64,000 nt of DNA. Source: Desulfatiglandales bacterium (lineage in GTDB: Bacteria; Desulfobacterota; DSM-4660; Desulfatiglandales; HGW-15). Numbering within the stretch: position 1 is the stretch's first letter; every line of letters begins with the position of its first letter. The stretch covers positions 2,112,001 through 2,176,000 of the forward strand of contig CAXXJJ010000001.1 in NCBI GenBank assembly GCA_963667015.2. Reading direction: 5' to 3'. The position numbers and the translations under genes were made by a program. Positions 42,630 to 52,708 of the stretch are shown one piece after another. Below the pieces are notes generated by a model. That model had not been told where the DNA came from. It did no database searches and was given only the letters and a program-made list of their open reading frames with translations.

Positions 42630-43352
42630 TCAAAAGCTGGTTGTGAGATCCCTGACAGGATCTCCGTTTTCATCGATAAATCGGACACAGAAATCACTCA
42701 TTCCAGGGCCGTTAATAACTGCCCCGCGAATGATATTTTTGCCCTTTTTAAGCGTGATGCGTCTGGAAACACTGTCGTCCATTACCATTCGCCTGTCACC
42801 GAAAAGGCTGACAGCTTCTATTCCGTTAGACCACCACATGGATGCCGAATTGGAACCGACAGCCATCCTGACATCCTTCATTTCCCTGGGGCTGTTTACC
42901 ACGGTAACAGCCCAGAACAGGACCCCGTAATGCTGTTTGTCAAGACCGTAGGCAAAACGGAAAAGTTTGACATTGAAATTTGTGGAATCAAGCGCATGCC
43001 ATCTGAGCTTTTGATCTCCGACAGTCACAGTGTCGCCGTCTTCTGGAATCACTGTAAACTGGTCCGGGAAATATTCGGTGTAAAGTGCCTCTCTTACGTA
43101 GCTGTCAGTAAACACAGTGTTGCTACGGTTAGGTTTATTGATCGGTTCCAGAAGAAACCAGCGCCGGATAAAACCATCACTGTCCGGCGCCTTTGGAGAA
43201 GCTGATGCCGGGGTGAAGTATGGCGCAATAGAACTGATATCACTACCCGTTGTTTTGTTTTCAGCATTAACATGCGCAACGGACCATACCAGGAAACCCG
43301 ATATTACAAGGATGTTAAATATCAGTATGAAGGTATTGCGTAAGTTTTTCAT
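42630..43352 (-). CDS. Secreted hypothetical protein (family commonly labelled acetylxylan esterase) paired with the GH43
   Basis: Signal peptide; GFIRRWFLLEPI, AVGSNSASMWW, GAVINGPG; no GxSxG motif seen. Confidence 0.6.
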   Translation of the reverse strand: MKNLRNTFILIFNILVISGFLVWSVAHVNAENKTTGSDISSIAPYFTPASASPKAPDSDGFIRRWFLLEPINKPNRSNTVFTDSYVREALYTEYFPDQFTVIPEDGDTVTVGDQKLRWHALDSTNFNVKLFRFAYGLDKQHYGVLFWAVTVVNSPREMKDVRMAVGSNSASMWWSNGIEAVSLFGDRRMVMDDSVSRRITLKKGKNIIRGAVINGPGMSDFCVRFIDENGDPVRDLTTSF

Positions 43353-43476
43353 ATTAAATCCTCACATAGGAATTAAAATTATGGATTATATCTTTTTCCA
43401 AGAATTAACTTATCCCCAGAATCATCAATCTCATAAAACAGCGGCTTTCGGGGGCCGTCGCCTTCCACATGGCGGA

Positions 43477-45060
43477 TTACCATGGTTTAAGTGCTGCGGC
43501 ATTGGCTCCTGCGATGCGACCGGTTGCCAGGCATTCGGAATTATTCCCGCCGCCATTGTACATCCAGCCCCAGAATGATCCGAGTTCACCAGCACTGTAT
43601 AACCTTGGTATGGGACTATTAAATGGATCAACTATCTGACATGAGGCATTACGCCTTGGTCCACCCTGGGTATTATACATAACTGGATAGATTTTCAGTG
43701 CAATATAGGGCGGCTGATCTATTTTGGTCAGGTTCATCTCTGGCCTTCCAAAATCTGAATCAACACCTGCGTCACATGACTGATTGTATTTTGTTATTGT
43801 CTTTTCAAGGGCGTCCGTCGTAATATCGAGTTTTCCGGCCAGCTCCTGGATTGTTTCTCCCTTGATAATCCAGCCCTTTTCTATTTCAGCGCTGTTGTCA
43901 CTGCTCCATTTATAATTTGTATACCAGTTATACCAGCCGAATTTCATTCCTGCTGAAACAAGAGGACGTTTAAGGACTCTGGAGTCCAGGACTGCATAAC
44001 AGGGTATTCTTGTAAACTTCTGTGTGCCCAGCGTATCAAAGAAGATAAGGTGCTCCTTTTCTCCCAGTCCATGACGATTACCACCCGATTCATTCATAAA
44101 ACGCCTTCCCTGCTGGTCTGTCAGGATGAAAGGCGCGGAATACAGAGAGACAGATATCGGCACCCTGCCCAGGTCGTCATCATCAACAAGAATGGCGCCT
44201 ATTCCGGCCAGGGCGTTATTCATATGCCAGAGGTCTGCCCCGGCCTTCTGGGCCATTCTGATTCCGTCACCCGTATTATATGTGGTTCCGCGACCATACA
44301 TGGGCCATCCTGGCAGGTGCTGCTGCTGGATATCATGGGCAAATTCAAAGCCGCCGCAGGCCAGAATAACACCCCGGCTGGCCTTGATGTTGATTATCTT
44401 TCCTTCGGATTCTGCTTTTATACCAATAATTTCACCCTCACAGTTGCGAATCAGATCCTTTGCCGGTGTCTGATACATAATCGGAATCTTTCGTTCATCC
44501 AACTGTGCACGAAGAGGATTATAGAGGGCAGCTCCAAAACCGCCGCTGGCATTGGACCAGGTCCGCACGCCTTCACCTCCCGGAAGTTCCGGATATTCAG
44601 GCTGGAACATGCCGAGGGATCTGGGTTCAACTCCCCATTTTTTGAGCCATTCGTTATTCTCAAACATTCCGCTGGCCAGTGCCTTGATACTTTCCTGATC
44701 TGTCAGGCCGTAGCACAATGAAGTAATATATTTTATTCCTGTCTCCACATCTGTCGGCGTCCACCACATATTGCCGGACACCTTGCTGTTTCCTCCCTCA
44801 CGTTCCTTTGGCGCTTTTTCCAGGATAAGGACCTTTGCTCCGGCGTCATGTGCTGTCATTGCCGAGGCAATTCCTGCGAATCCTGTTCCGACAACCACAA
44901 CATCGGTTTCTTTGTCCCATTTTAAATCCGGTGATGTTTCCTTGCTTATGGAAGGTTCTGCGGTCAGTCCGACCATAGCTGCGGCGCCTATGCCGACCGA
45001 AGTTGTTTTTATAAAATCTCTTCTTGATAGGTTTTTCTTTTTACTGTCTGTACGCTTCAT
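43477..45060 (-). CDS. Tat-exported FAD-dependent oxidoreductase (FAD_binding_2; flavocytochrome c / KstD-like)
   Basis: SRRDFIK twin-arginine signal; VVVGTGFAG, NTGDGIRMA, NTQGG, RLYSAGE. Confidence 0.88.
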   Translation of the reverse strand: MKRTDSKKKNLSRRDFIKTTSVGIGAAAMVGLTAEPSISKETSPDLKWDKETDVVVVGTGFAGIASAMTAHDAGAKVLILEKAPKEREGGNSKVSGNMWWTPTDVETGIKYITSLCYGLTDQESIKALASGMFENNEWLKKWGVEPRSLGMFQPEYPELPGGEGVRTWSNASGGFGAALYNPLRAQLDERKIPIMYQTPAKDLIRNCEGEIIGIKAESEGKIINIKASRGVILACGGFEFAHDIQQQHLPGWPMYGRGTTYNTGDGIRMAQKAGADLWHMNNALAGIGAILVDDDDLGRVPISVSLYSAPFILTDQQGRRFMNESGGNRHGLGEKEHLIFFDTLGTQKFTRIPCYAVLDSRVLKRPLVSAGMKFGWYNWYTNYKWSSDNSAEIEKGWIIKGETIQELAGKLDITTDALEKTITKYNQSCDAGVDSDFGRPEMNLTKIDQPPYIALKIYPVMYNTQGGPRRNASCQIVDPFNSPIPRLYSAGELGSFWGWMYNGGGNNSECLATGRIAGANAAALKPW

Positions 45061-45134
45061 TATTTATCTCCTTCTTTCTCTTTTCAAATAGTAAGCTGTT
45101 AACCTGGTAACAGGTAAACAATTAATATGGTTAT

Positions 45135-46460
45135 TTACTTCGAATTAACCTTCTGCATGATAAAAATTATCAATATAACCACCAGTGCAAGGATGGCATT
45201 TGTGGTACAAATGGCATTCACGCTCCAGTTTTCTGCAAGCATCATACTTCCTACAACAGGCGCAAGTATTGATCCGGATCTGCCCACTCCGGTTGCCCAG
45301 CCAAGCCCTGTACCCCTGATATCCGCAGGATATGAAATAGCTGCAAGACCCATAAGGCCGGAGTTGCTGCCGATTACAAAAAATCCCATGACAGCGGATA
45401 CAAACGCCACAATAATAAATGTGCTGGAAGCAAAATATCCAAAAATAAAAACACTCGCAAAGGCGAGGAAAAAACCGATTTTTAATATATTAAATTTGTC
45501 AAATTTATCCATCAGGATGCCGATTAATACTGTTGCTACAACTGCCCCCAAATTAACGCAGGCAAAGGCCAGACTGAATTCCTGGGGTGAAGCACCGCTG
45601 TTTCTCAGCAGGGTCGGTGTCCATGACAGGATCAGCCAGAGCAGATAGTAACTCAAGACAAAGGCTATCCATAACAATATGGTATTTGCTGCCCGTCCCT
45701 CTTTAAAAAGATGTTTAAAGGGAACTCCGGACAGCCTTATTTCGGACGAAACAAAATGAATATCTTTCATTGACCCATATGATGGTGCAATTTTCGAGAC
45801 AATTTTTCTTATACGTTCCTGATCCTTTTCTTTTCCTCTCTTGAGCAGAAATTCAAGAGGTTCAGGAAGTGAAATCAATGCAATAATCCCGATTATACAT
45901 GCTATTATACCTCCTGACATAAACACTGTTTGCCACCCGTATCTTGGAAGGAGGAAAGAAGAAAAGAGTCCGGCACATGTGGCGCCAAAAGCAACACCAG
46001 CGTACATTGTGGTGGCGAGTGTAGCACGTTTATTGGTTGGAGCATATTCTGAACCGAAGGCAAGTGCGTTTGGAACAGCCCCGCCAAGCCCGAGACCTGC
46101 TATAAAGCGGAGGATTATCAACTGTTCCTTGGTTTGGATAAATGCGATGGCTAAGGTAAAAATACCGAAAGTGAAGGCGGAAAACAGCAGCATCCTTTTT
46201 CTTCCAAAACGATCCGCCAGCATTCCCAGAACAAAGGCTCCTATAAGTGCTCCAACATTACCGAGGCTCATTGCCGGGCCGATGGCAGCAGGTGTTGTGT
46301 TTAAAAACTCGGCAATTTTAGGAGTTGACACACTTAAAAGCGACAAATCAAAACCATCGAAAAAGGCAAGGAAAAAGCATATTGTGCAGATCCATATTTG
46401 ATATAATGTAAACCGTCCGGAATCCAGAACCTCTTTTACACTTACTGAATTGCTTGGCAT
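45135..46460 (-). CDS. MFS aromatic acid:H+ symporter (PcaK/BenK-like)
   Basis: FDGFD, LADRFGRKR, GLGLGGAVPN, SEYAP, YPADIRGTGLGWA. Confidence 0.88.
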   Translation of the reverse strand: MPSNSVSVKEVLDSGRFTLYQIWICTICFFLAFFDGFDLSLLSVSTPKIAEFLNTTPAAIGPAMSLGNVGALIGAFVLGMLADRFGRKRMLLFSAFTFGIFTLAIAFIQTKEQLIILRFIAGLGLGGAVPNALAFGSEYAPTNKRATLATTMYAGVAFGATCAGLFSSFLLPRYGWQTVFMSGGIIACIIGIIALISLPEPLEFLLKRGKEKDQERIRKIVSKIAPSYGSMKDIHFVSSEIRLSGVPFKHLFKEGRAANTILLWIAFVLSYYLLWLILSWTPTLLRNSGASPQEFSLAFACVNLGAVVATVLIGILMDKFDKFNILKIGFFLAFASVFIFGYFASSTFIIVAFVSAVMGFFVIGSNSGLMGLAAISYPADIRGTGLGWATGVGRSGSILAPVVGSMMLAENWSVNAICTTNAILALVVILIIFIMQKVNSK

Positions 46461-46669
46461 TTTTTCTCCCTTTTGTTATTGTTTAAATAAAAAATTACTC
46501 TAATATTTTAATCTCATGCCTCTGGCATAGTTTAAACTGCCCACATAATATTCCTTTTCATCTGGAGTAGCTGTCCCTGTAGTACCTATAATGCCTGTCA
46601 ATTATTCACTCCTGAAAGGATAGATCCAGGTGCCTTCAGGCGTGCCTGCTGGTTTTATAAAACGATATA

Positions 46670-47227
46670 TTATTTAACAAGGGGGCTTCCCAGGTTTTTC
46701 ATGTCATCAACTCCGGGCCTATGCCCCAGGCCGATCGAATGATCAGGGCTCAGTTCCGTGCCTTCAAGAATCTCTTCTGCGACCTCCCGTGTGGGAGAAA
46801 TCAGAGGCAGGCAGTCACCACATCCATGCTGAAGGAAATATTTTTCCATGCTGCTCATTGTTTTGGGATAAGCAGAGCTGCTGAAAACCAGTTCATCTTC
46901 AGAAGTTTCTTCTGGTTCGATTGAAGGCGTATGAGTAAGGGCATTAATTACATCGCCAGAGTATTCGGTTATTTCTTTTAGTCGTTCTTCTCTTGGGGCA
47001 GGGGCCATGAAAGAACTTTCGCTAAACTCAACGTCTGGTAGCTGTTTTGTCAGGGTATCTTTAAGGATGGGCCAGAGTTTTTCGGTAACCCCCCAGACTC
47101 CCAATTTTAAAACACCAATTTTCTTTCCGTTTATATTGTCAAGCCTTGGAGAGGCTGGAATCCGGGGTGCTTTATCAATCCTGCCACTGGGTTTATGGAC
47201 GTTTAAATTGATATCATTTTCAGACAT
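46670..47227 (-). pseudogene. Internally deleted remnant resembling UGSC-family (seleno)proteins
   Basis: N-terminal SPRLDNINGKKIG joined directly to the GDCLPLISPTREVAEEILEGT motif of the larger downstream domain; ends prematurely. Confidence 0.5.
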
Positions 47228-47375
47228 ATCATCCCTGTAATCGGAGTGGAATCAGCATCGAGCAAATGTGACAGGCTGATACTTATTTGGGTTCAAATAT
47301 CCTATCAGTCTATAGGGCTGTAACCCTTATGTTTCCAAGTTTTAATTGATAAAGTAATTGGTATTTTTCCGGATA

Positions 47376-47389
47376 GTATATAAGTATAC
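47376..47389. promoter_or_regulatory. Putative GntR operator GTATATAAGTATAC upstream of the 47227-36751 gene run
   Basis: Exact reverse complement of the 34595 site. Confidence 0.7.
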
Positions 47390-47660
47390 AATAGATGTAA
47401 ATACAAAAAAGTAATTCAGTAGAATTTTGCTGTTTGTCTCTTTTAAAGATAACATTTCAAATCTTACACAGTGATAATCCATAACATAACAGGGGGAGCT
47501 AATATGGAATTTATCAGCCAGCTTGTTCTCGGTATCAGGGTCATAGGAAGTATCTGCCTAGATTATGTTGATGATTAAATCAAATCCTACAATGCTGCTG
47601 GATCTGGATTGTGCTTAGATTGAAGAAGAAAATCGAGGTTTATACTTTTATTATTATCTG

Positions 47661-48836
47661 TTACGCGGGCGTGAAAAGATCATTAAGATATTTAAATGGG
47701 ACAATTGAAACGTCCGTTCTTTTTTGTTTTTCAACACCCCCATACACAAGACCCGAGCCATTGTGAACTGATTCCGGAAATGTTTTTGTAAAATGATTCA
47801 GTCCTTTGAAGTATTCTCTTGTTATGGTCATACCAGCTTTAATCTCAATTGGAAAGATATCAGGTCCGTTTATCATTAATAGATCGACCTCGTTTCCCTT
47901 GCTGTCGCGATAAAAGTAGAGATTACTTTTTTTGCCTTGGTTAAATCGATACTTCAGGGTTTCTGAGATAACCATGTTTTCAAACAAATTCCCCCGCAAT
48001 GGGTCGCGGGCGATCTGTTTTTCGTTTTCGATATCGATTAAAAAAGCAGCCAGTCCCACATCATAAAAATAAAGCTTGGGCGATTTCACCAAACGTTTGG
48101 AAATGTTTTTGTGATAGGGCTGTAAAAGAAAAATTATATAGCTCGCTTCCATGATTGAAAGCCAGTTTCCGGCTGTTGTATGGGAAATACCAGCATCGTT
48201 TGCCAGGCTGCTGATATTCAATATCTGGCCAACTCGTCCGGCACATAATTTGATAAACCGATGAAAAAGATTCAGGTCTTTTATTGTGATCAGCTGCCTC
48301 AGATCCCTCTCCACATAAGTCTCAAAATAATCCCCGAGTACCTGCGTCGGATTTAGCTGTTTGTCCCAGATTCGTGGAAAAAATCCACTGTAAAGCAAAG
48401 TGTCGGTGTCGGGGAAAGAAAATGAGGATTGAATTTCTTCAATGGAAAAAGGTAGTAATTTTATCAGGGCAGTTCGACCGGCAAGTGACTGGTTAATTGC
48501 ATTACTCACTTCAAATTGCTGACTGCCGGTCAGGATAAAAAGACCCTCTCGTTTATCCTCATCAACCATCGGCTGTATATAGGAGACAAGGTCGGGCGTT
48601 CTCTGAATCTCATCAAGGATTGCTCCATCCGGATATTGCGCTAAAAAACCTCTTGGATCGTCTATGGCAAATTGACGAATATCAGGAGATTCCAGGTTTG
48701 CATATGGCTTATGGGGAAATACCTTTCTGCAAAGAGTTGTTTTTCCACTCTGCCGGGGACCGGTGATAGTTATTACCGGATAACTTGACGCATGAGCCTT
48801 GAGGACAGTTTCTATGGTGCGATTTATTATAGCCAT
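47661..48836 (-). CDS. AAA+ ATPase with DUF4143 domain
   Basis: GPRQSGKTT, LDEIQ, LTGS, TYVERD, KSPKLYFYDVGL, EVDLL...IEIK. Confidence 0.9.
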   Translation of the reverse strand: MAIINRTIETVLKAHASSYPVITITGPRQSGKTTLCRKVFPHKPYANLESPDIRQFAIDDPRGFLAQYPDGAILDEIQRTPDLVSYIQPMVDEDKREGLFILTGSQQFEVSNAINQSLAGRTALIKLLPFSIEEIQSSFSFPDTDTLLYSGFFPRIWDKQLNPTQVLGDYFETYVERDLRQLITIKDLNLFHRFIKLCAGRVGQILNISSLANDAGISHTTAGNWLSIMEASYIIFLLQPYHKNISKRLVKSPKLYFYDVGLAAFLIDIENEKQIARDPLRGNLFENMVISETLKYRFNQGKKSNLYFYRDSKGNEVDLLMINGPDIFPIEIKAGMTITREYFKGLNHFTKTFPESVHNGSGLVYGGVEKQKRTDVSIVPFKYLNDLFTPA

Positions 48837-49113
48837 GAGAAAAGACTAATCGAAAAAGGTGTAATTTGCAAGTTCAATATTCAAATTGCACCTTTTATTA
48901 GGTTTAAAGGTGAACGGACTTCCGACCTCCGGTTTTGTATTTCCTTTCAACTTTGACCTTGAGCTTTCAGCTCTTTTTCCCCTTGCTTTTTCAATCCATC
49001 AGTCTTAAATCTTTCACCCAATTAAATCCGCATGGCGGGTTGCGAAGCAACATTGGTGAATATTGAATCAAGATTTTGCTTCATCATGTATGGTATTTTT
49101 GCCGTCATTTTTA

Positions 49114-49175
49114 CCCTGTTAAATCCTTGAGGATCTCAAGGAAAGATTTAGAAGCTCAAATCTTATTTAACAGGG
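49114..49175. repeat. Branched palindromic element CCCTGTTAAAT...ATTTAACAGGG (related copy at 52612-52651)
   Basis: 11-bp outer stem enclosing two inner hairpins. Confidence 0.55.
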
Positions 49176-49295
49176 CAAGGCTATTTTCGGGAATTGGGGA
49201 ATCCAGTTGTTTTTAATTTGAACTTATTTGGGAACTGTCAAATGTCAAGGGCCGGTTTTTCCACGCGTCCCATTTACATTTCTGCAATACTGCTC

Positions 49296-49976
49296 TTAAT
49301 CGTTTTTATTGGACCATTCTCTGAACTTTTCCTTTTCATCTTCACTCATGTTGTTCCATTCCAGCCATTTCCTGAATTCTTCCTTTTCATCCTCGCTCAT
49401 ACTATCCCATTCTTCTTTGAGCGCTGTATCTTCTTCCATGATTGGCGGGTTTTCCGGTTCTGTATAGCGCTCCGCTTCACTCATTTCAACAGAACGTGAT
49501 ACTCTGATATCCTCGTCTTCATTGTCGGAATATTTTCCAACCTTTGCTATCCAGATATTCGGATTCTCAGCAAACTTCTTTGCTTCGTCCATATCATCAA
49601 GCTCGGGATGGGTTAATCTGTAAAGGCCACCCCTTTTCGCGTTGAACTTCAAGGTAATATTTTTGGACTTAATTTCTTCATGTTTTTTTATCTCATCATA
49701 TGCCCAGTAAATACTGTAGCGAACAACAATTTCATGCTCGCCCGGAGCCACATGAATTTCCTCTATTGTGCTGAGTACATAATCAGCCAGAGACCCGACA
49801 CGGCGGCCATCAACACTCTCAACCTCAATATCCGGGGGGACGCTTATGCGTGCCACCTCCGCGGGTGATACCCTTGATTCATCATAGATCTTGATGGGAG
49901 CGCGTTTCATGCAGGATGAAAGAGAAAAAAGTATTCCAATTGAAATCAAGACTGCAAATAATGATCTGTATTTCAT
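49296..49976 (-). CDS. Lipoprotein, DUF2057-like, with acidic C-terminal W-x-x-M-S-E-D-E-K-E-x-F-R repeats
   Basis: Lipobox LSSC; PGEHEIVVRY; AKKFAENP. Confidence 0.65.
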   Translation of the reverse strand: MKYRSLFAVLISIGILFSLSSCMKRAPIKIYDESRVSPAEVARISVPPDIEVESVDGRRVGSLADYVLSTIEEIHVAPGEHEIVVRYSIYWAYDEIKKHEEIKSKNITLKFNAKRGGLYRLTHPELDDMDEAKKFAENPNIWIAKVGKYSDNEDEDIRVSRSVEMSEAERYTEPENPPIMEEDTALKEEWDSMSEDEKEEFRKWLEWNNMSEDEKEKFREWSNKND

Positions 49977-50301
49977 ATCGAGCCTCACTATTAAAACATT
50001 GGGGAAAGTAATGTGATGAGCCTTCCGGCACCTTAGATAGTTACCATCCATAAACGGCTCTTTTTATGTAAGCGAATATAGGAAGATAAACTATGTATGT
50101 CAAGGCAATTATAGCCGTGTGTTTCAATGAAAAAGACCTGAATAATCCTTAAAATAAGTTCCATGTCTGCCCTACCCGGTGTCAGGAGATCATAATTTAA
50201 AATTGACTTATAAAAATTTATTTTGATACTTCTATATATTACTATATCCGATACTTATCTTAACTTATTTTATAGTTTCCAAACAACCGCCGGAGAAAAA
50301 T

Positions 50302-50505
50302 ATGCAAGAAGAACGAACGGAATTAAGAGTATTAAACCCGAGGGGTGAAACCGGAGAAAATCCTGTAATACCCGCAATGTCCCTGCAGCCTGACCTTGTG
50401 CTTCCCACCCCGCCGGATGTTGAGAGGATCATCACACAGATAACCATGCAGGCATTATATGAGCTGAAGAACTCTTTGATAGATTTTTTAAAAAGGGGTA
50501 GGTAA
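50302..50505 (+). CDS. Small hypothetical protein, possibly another UGSC-like remnant
   Basis: RBS GGAG; ELRVLNPRG N-terminus resembles that of 46670-47227. Confidence 0.35.
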   Translation: MQEERTELRVLNPRGETGENPVIPAMSLQPDLVLPTPPDVERIITQITMQALYELKNSLIDFLKRGR

Positions 50506-50600
50506 GGGTATTGGTGCCTACGTGCAAATATAAGCAAGAGTCAAAGGCGGACTTGCCCCCTTTATATATAAAAACTTAAAAAAATAGGTGCAGATCAGAT

Positions 50601-51476
50601 ATGGAAAATAATACAGGAACAGTAAATTATTATAAAGCAGAGAAATTGTTTGACAGGGTATATCGAATCAGCAGTCTGGAAGGGACCTTTCTGTTCCTGT
50701 TTACTGGTGACAGGAAGGCATTGCTGCTGGATACAGGCTATGGTTTTAGCGACCTGAATGGCGCAGTACGCAAAATTACCGATCTGCCGCTTATTATAGT
50801 AAACAGTCATGGTCATCTGGATCATGTTTGCGGGAATTTTCAGTTTGATGAAGAGATCTATATTCATCCCAAAGATATGGAGATATGTAAATCACATAAT
50901 TCCACAGAGTCTCGGCAAAGGATTGTAAAAGGTGCTCGAAATCTGATGGACTTTACAAGTGGAGAGGTAAGAAATGCTCTGCCCGATGATTTCTCAGAGG
51001 ATGCTTATATTCATCAGGGTTACGGCAATCTGGTTCCACTCGATGCAGGCCAGGTGTTTGATCTTGGAGAAGTGACAATAGCAGTACATGAACTGCCGGG
51101 TCATACTGGGGGAAGCGTTGGTCTGGAATACAGGGAAGAGGGTATATTATTCCCGACAGACGCCATAAACCCTCTGGTATTTTTGTTTCTGCCAGAGTCA
51201 ACCGACCTGGCCACATACAAGGAAAGCCTGCAAAAAGCCGACAGCCTCGACATAAAACATGTAGTGTTTTCTCATAGTCCTCAGATTGCATCAAAATCGA
51301 TACTTAAGGATTTTATAGAATGTGCGGAACAGGTTGACTACGATCTTGGATTCCCTCTTGAGGGAGAAGGTTTTCGGAAATTTGAACCGAGAATCTGCCC
51401 GCGAAAGGGATTTGGTCCGGATGATACAATGAAACCGGGATTTGCGGCTGTAGTCATAGACCGATCAAGATGTTAG
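50601..51476 (+). CDS. MBL-fold metallo-hydrolase
   Basis: LLDTG, SHGHLDHVCG, PGHTGG. Confidence 0.9.
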   Translation: MENNTGTVNYYKAEKLFDRVYRISSLEGTFLFLFTGDRKALLLDTGYGFSDLNGAVRKITDLPLIIVNSHGHLDHVCGNFQFDEEIYIHPKDMEICKSHNSTESRQRIVKGARNLMDFTSGEVRNALPDDFSEDAYIHQGYGNLVPLDAGQVFDLGEVTIAVHELPGHTGGSVGLEYREEGILFPTDAINPLVFLFLPESTDLATYKESLQKADSLDIKHVVFSHSPQIASKSILKDFIECAEQVDYDLGFPLEGEGFRKFEPRICPRKGFGPDDTMKPGFAAVVIDRSRC

Positions 51477-51530
51477 ATTCCTGAAAGGCCAGAGACAATT
51501 GTTATAATTTGGGAGTGCCCAGAAATTAAT

Positions 51531-51558
51531 AAGGTCATCATTATTGATGGCCTTTTTT
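51531..51558 (+). terminator. Intrinsic terminator
   Basis: AAGGTCATCA-TTAT-TGATGGCCTT followed by a T-run. Confidence 0.65.
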
Positions 51559-51635
51559 ATGCGGATTGACACTAAATTGAAAATGGGCGATTATATACAA
51601 CTTATAATGAGTGAATAAAAAAAGGAGGTGAATGA

Positions 51636-51869
51636 ATGCCAAAATTGAAAGATGTTGATATTAATTATGAACAGATAAGAGATTTGGTATATCAATTGAC
51701 CTTTGAGAAAAAGATGTCCCTTATAAAAGAAATAGTCAGGGATAAGGATTATCAGAAAAATTTTTATAATTTTTCTGAGGATTTGAAAAAAAACACGATA
51801 TACCCGACATGGATGAATCCGAACTGGATGCCCTGCTTCATGAATAGAGTCTGCGATCAATTCATCTGA
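51636..51869 (+). pseudogene. Putative antitoxin, probably frameshifted in an A8 run
   Basis: RBS GGAGGT; one extra A in the run near 51786-51793 gives ...KKKHDIPDMDESELDALLHE*; lies upstream of a PIN gene. Confidence 0.5.
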
Positions 51870-51892
51870 GCCTTTTCTGCGGAGACTTTTTC

Positions 51893-52300
51893 TTGATACC
51901 TAAAATCGTTGTTGATACAAATATCTATATTTCAGCTATATTTTGGGGTGGAAAGCCTCGTCAAGTGATTGATTTGGGGCGTAGCTAAAAAGTGTTGATC
52001 TATTCATCCTACCCCATTGTGGCTGAAATGGCCGGGAAGTTAAAGTCAAAATTTAACCTCACTGAAGAAGAAACCTCACAGATTATCTTTGACTTCTCAA
52101 CCTTTACCACACTGATTGAAACTCAGAACAGGATAAAGTTAATTGATGATGACCCGGATGATGATAAGTTCATTGAGTGTGCAGTATCATCAATGTCCAA
52201 TTTTATTGTATCCGGGGATAAACACCTGTTAAATTTAAAAGAATATAATGGAATAAGAATACTGAAAGCCTCAGAATTTCTATCATTCATTACAAAATAA
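51893..52300 (+). pseudogene. PIN-domain (VapC-like) toxin with in-frame TAA at 51986-51988
   Basis: TTG start with GGAG RBS; KIVVDTNIYISAIFWGGKP..., DDPDDDKFIECA, IVSGDKHLL. Confidence 0.85.
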
Positions 52301-52708
52301 AACGCGGATATAAATAAATGGGTCATAAATGGGGTCAACCGTAGATGGTGTCATCCATTAAAGGGTAAGTCATCCATAGTTTTATAGATTCATTCAGTCC
52401 ATGCTCCATATTTTGTTATGAGGAAAAAACATTTAACCTATTTAGCTATCCATTTGTAAACTTGAGTTGCAGAAGATATGTAAACAAATCGTGTAAACAA
52501 ATCGGTCCTTGACTGTGAATGTTTAATATCAACTTCATGTCAATATCAAGGGCGGACCCCGTTGTGTTTATTAACCAGTGAAATTCATAATTATGACCGC
52601 AAAGCGGATTTACCCTGTTAAATTGCCCGGAGGGAATCTATATAGCAGGGTGAACCGGTAGTCTTAAGGCGCGGTAATGGGCGTTTTCAGCTTATATGCG
52701 GTGATGAA

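Noticed and set aside
49013..49175. tRNA gene suggested by branched stems
   Set aside because: No T-loop GTTC consensus, D-loop or anticodon arm geometry
50225..50240. Fifth GntR operator (GATACTTCTATAT) upstream of 50302
   Set aside because: Too many mismatches in AT-rich sequence to support
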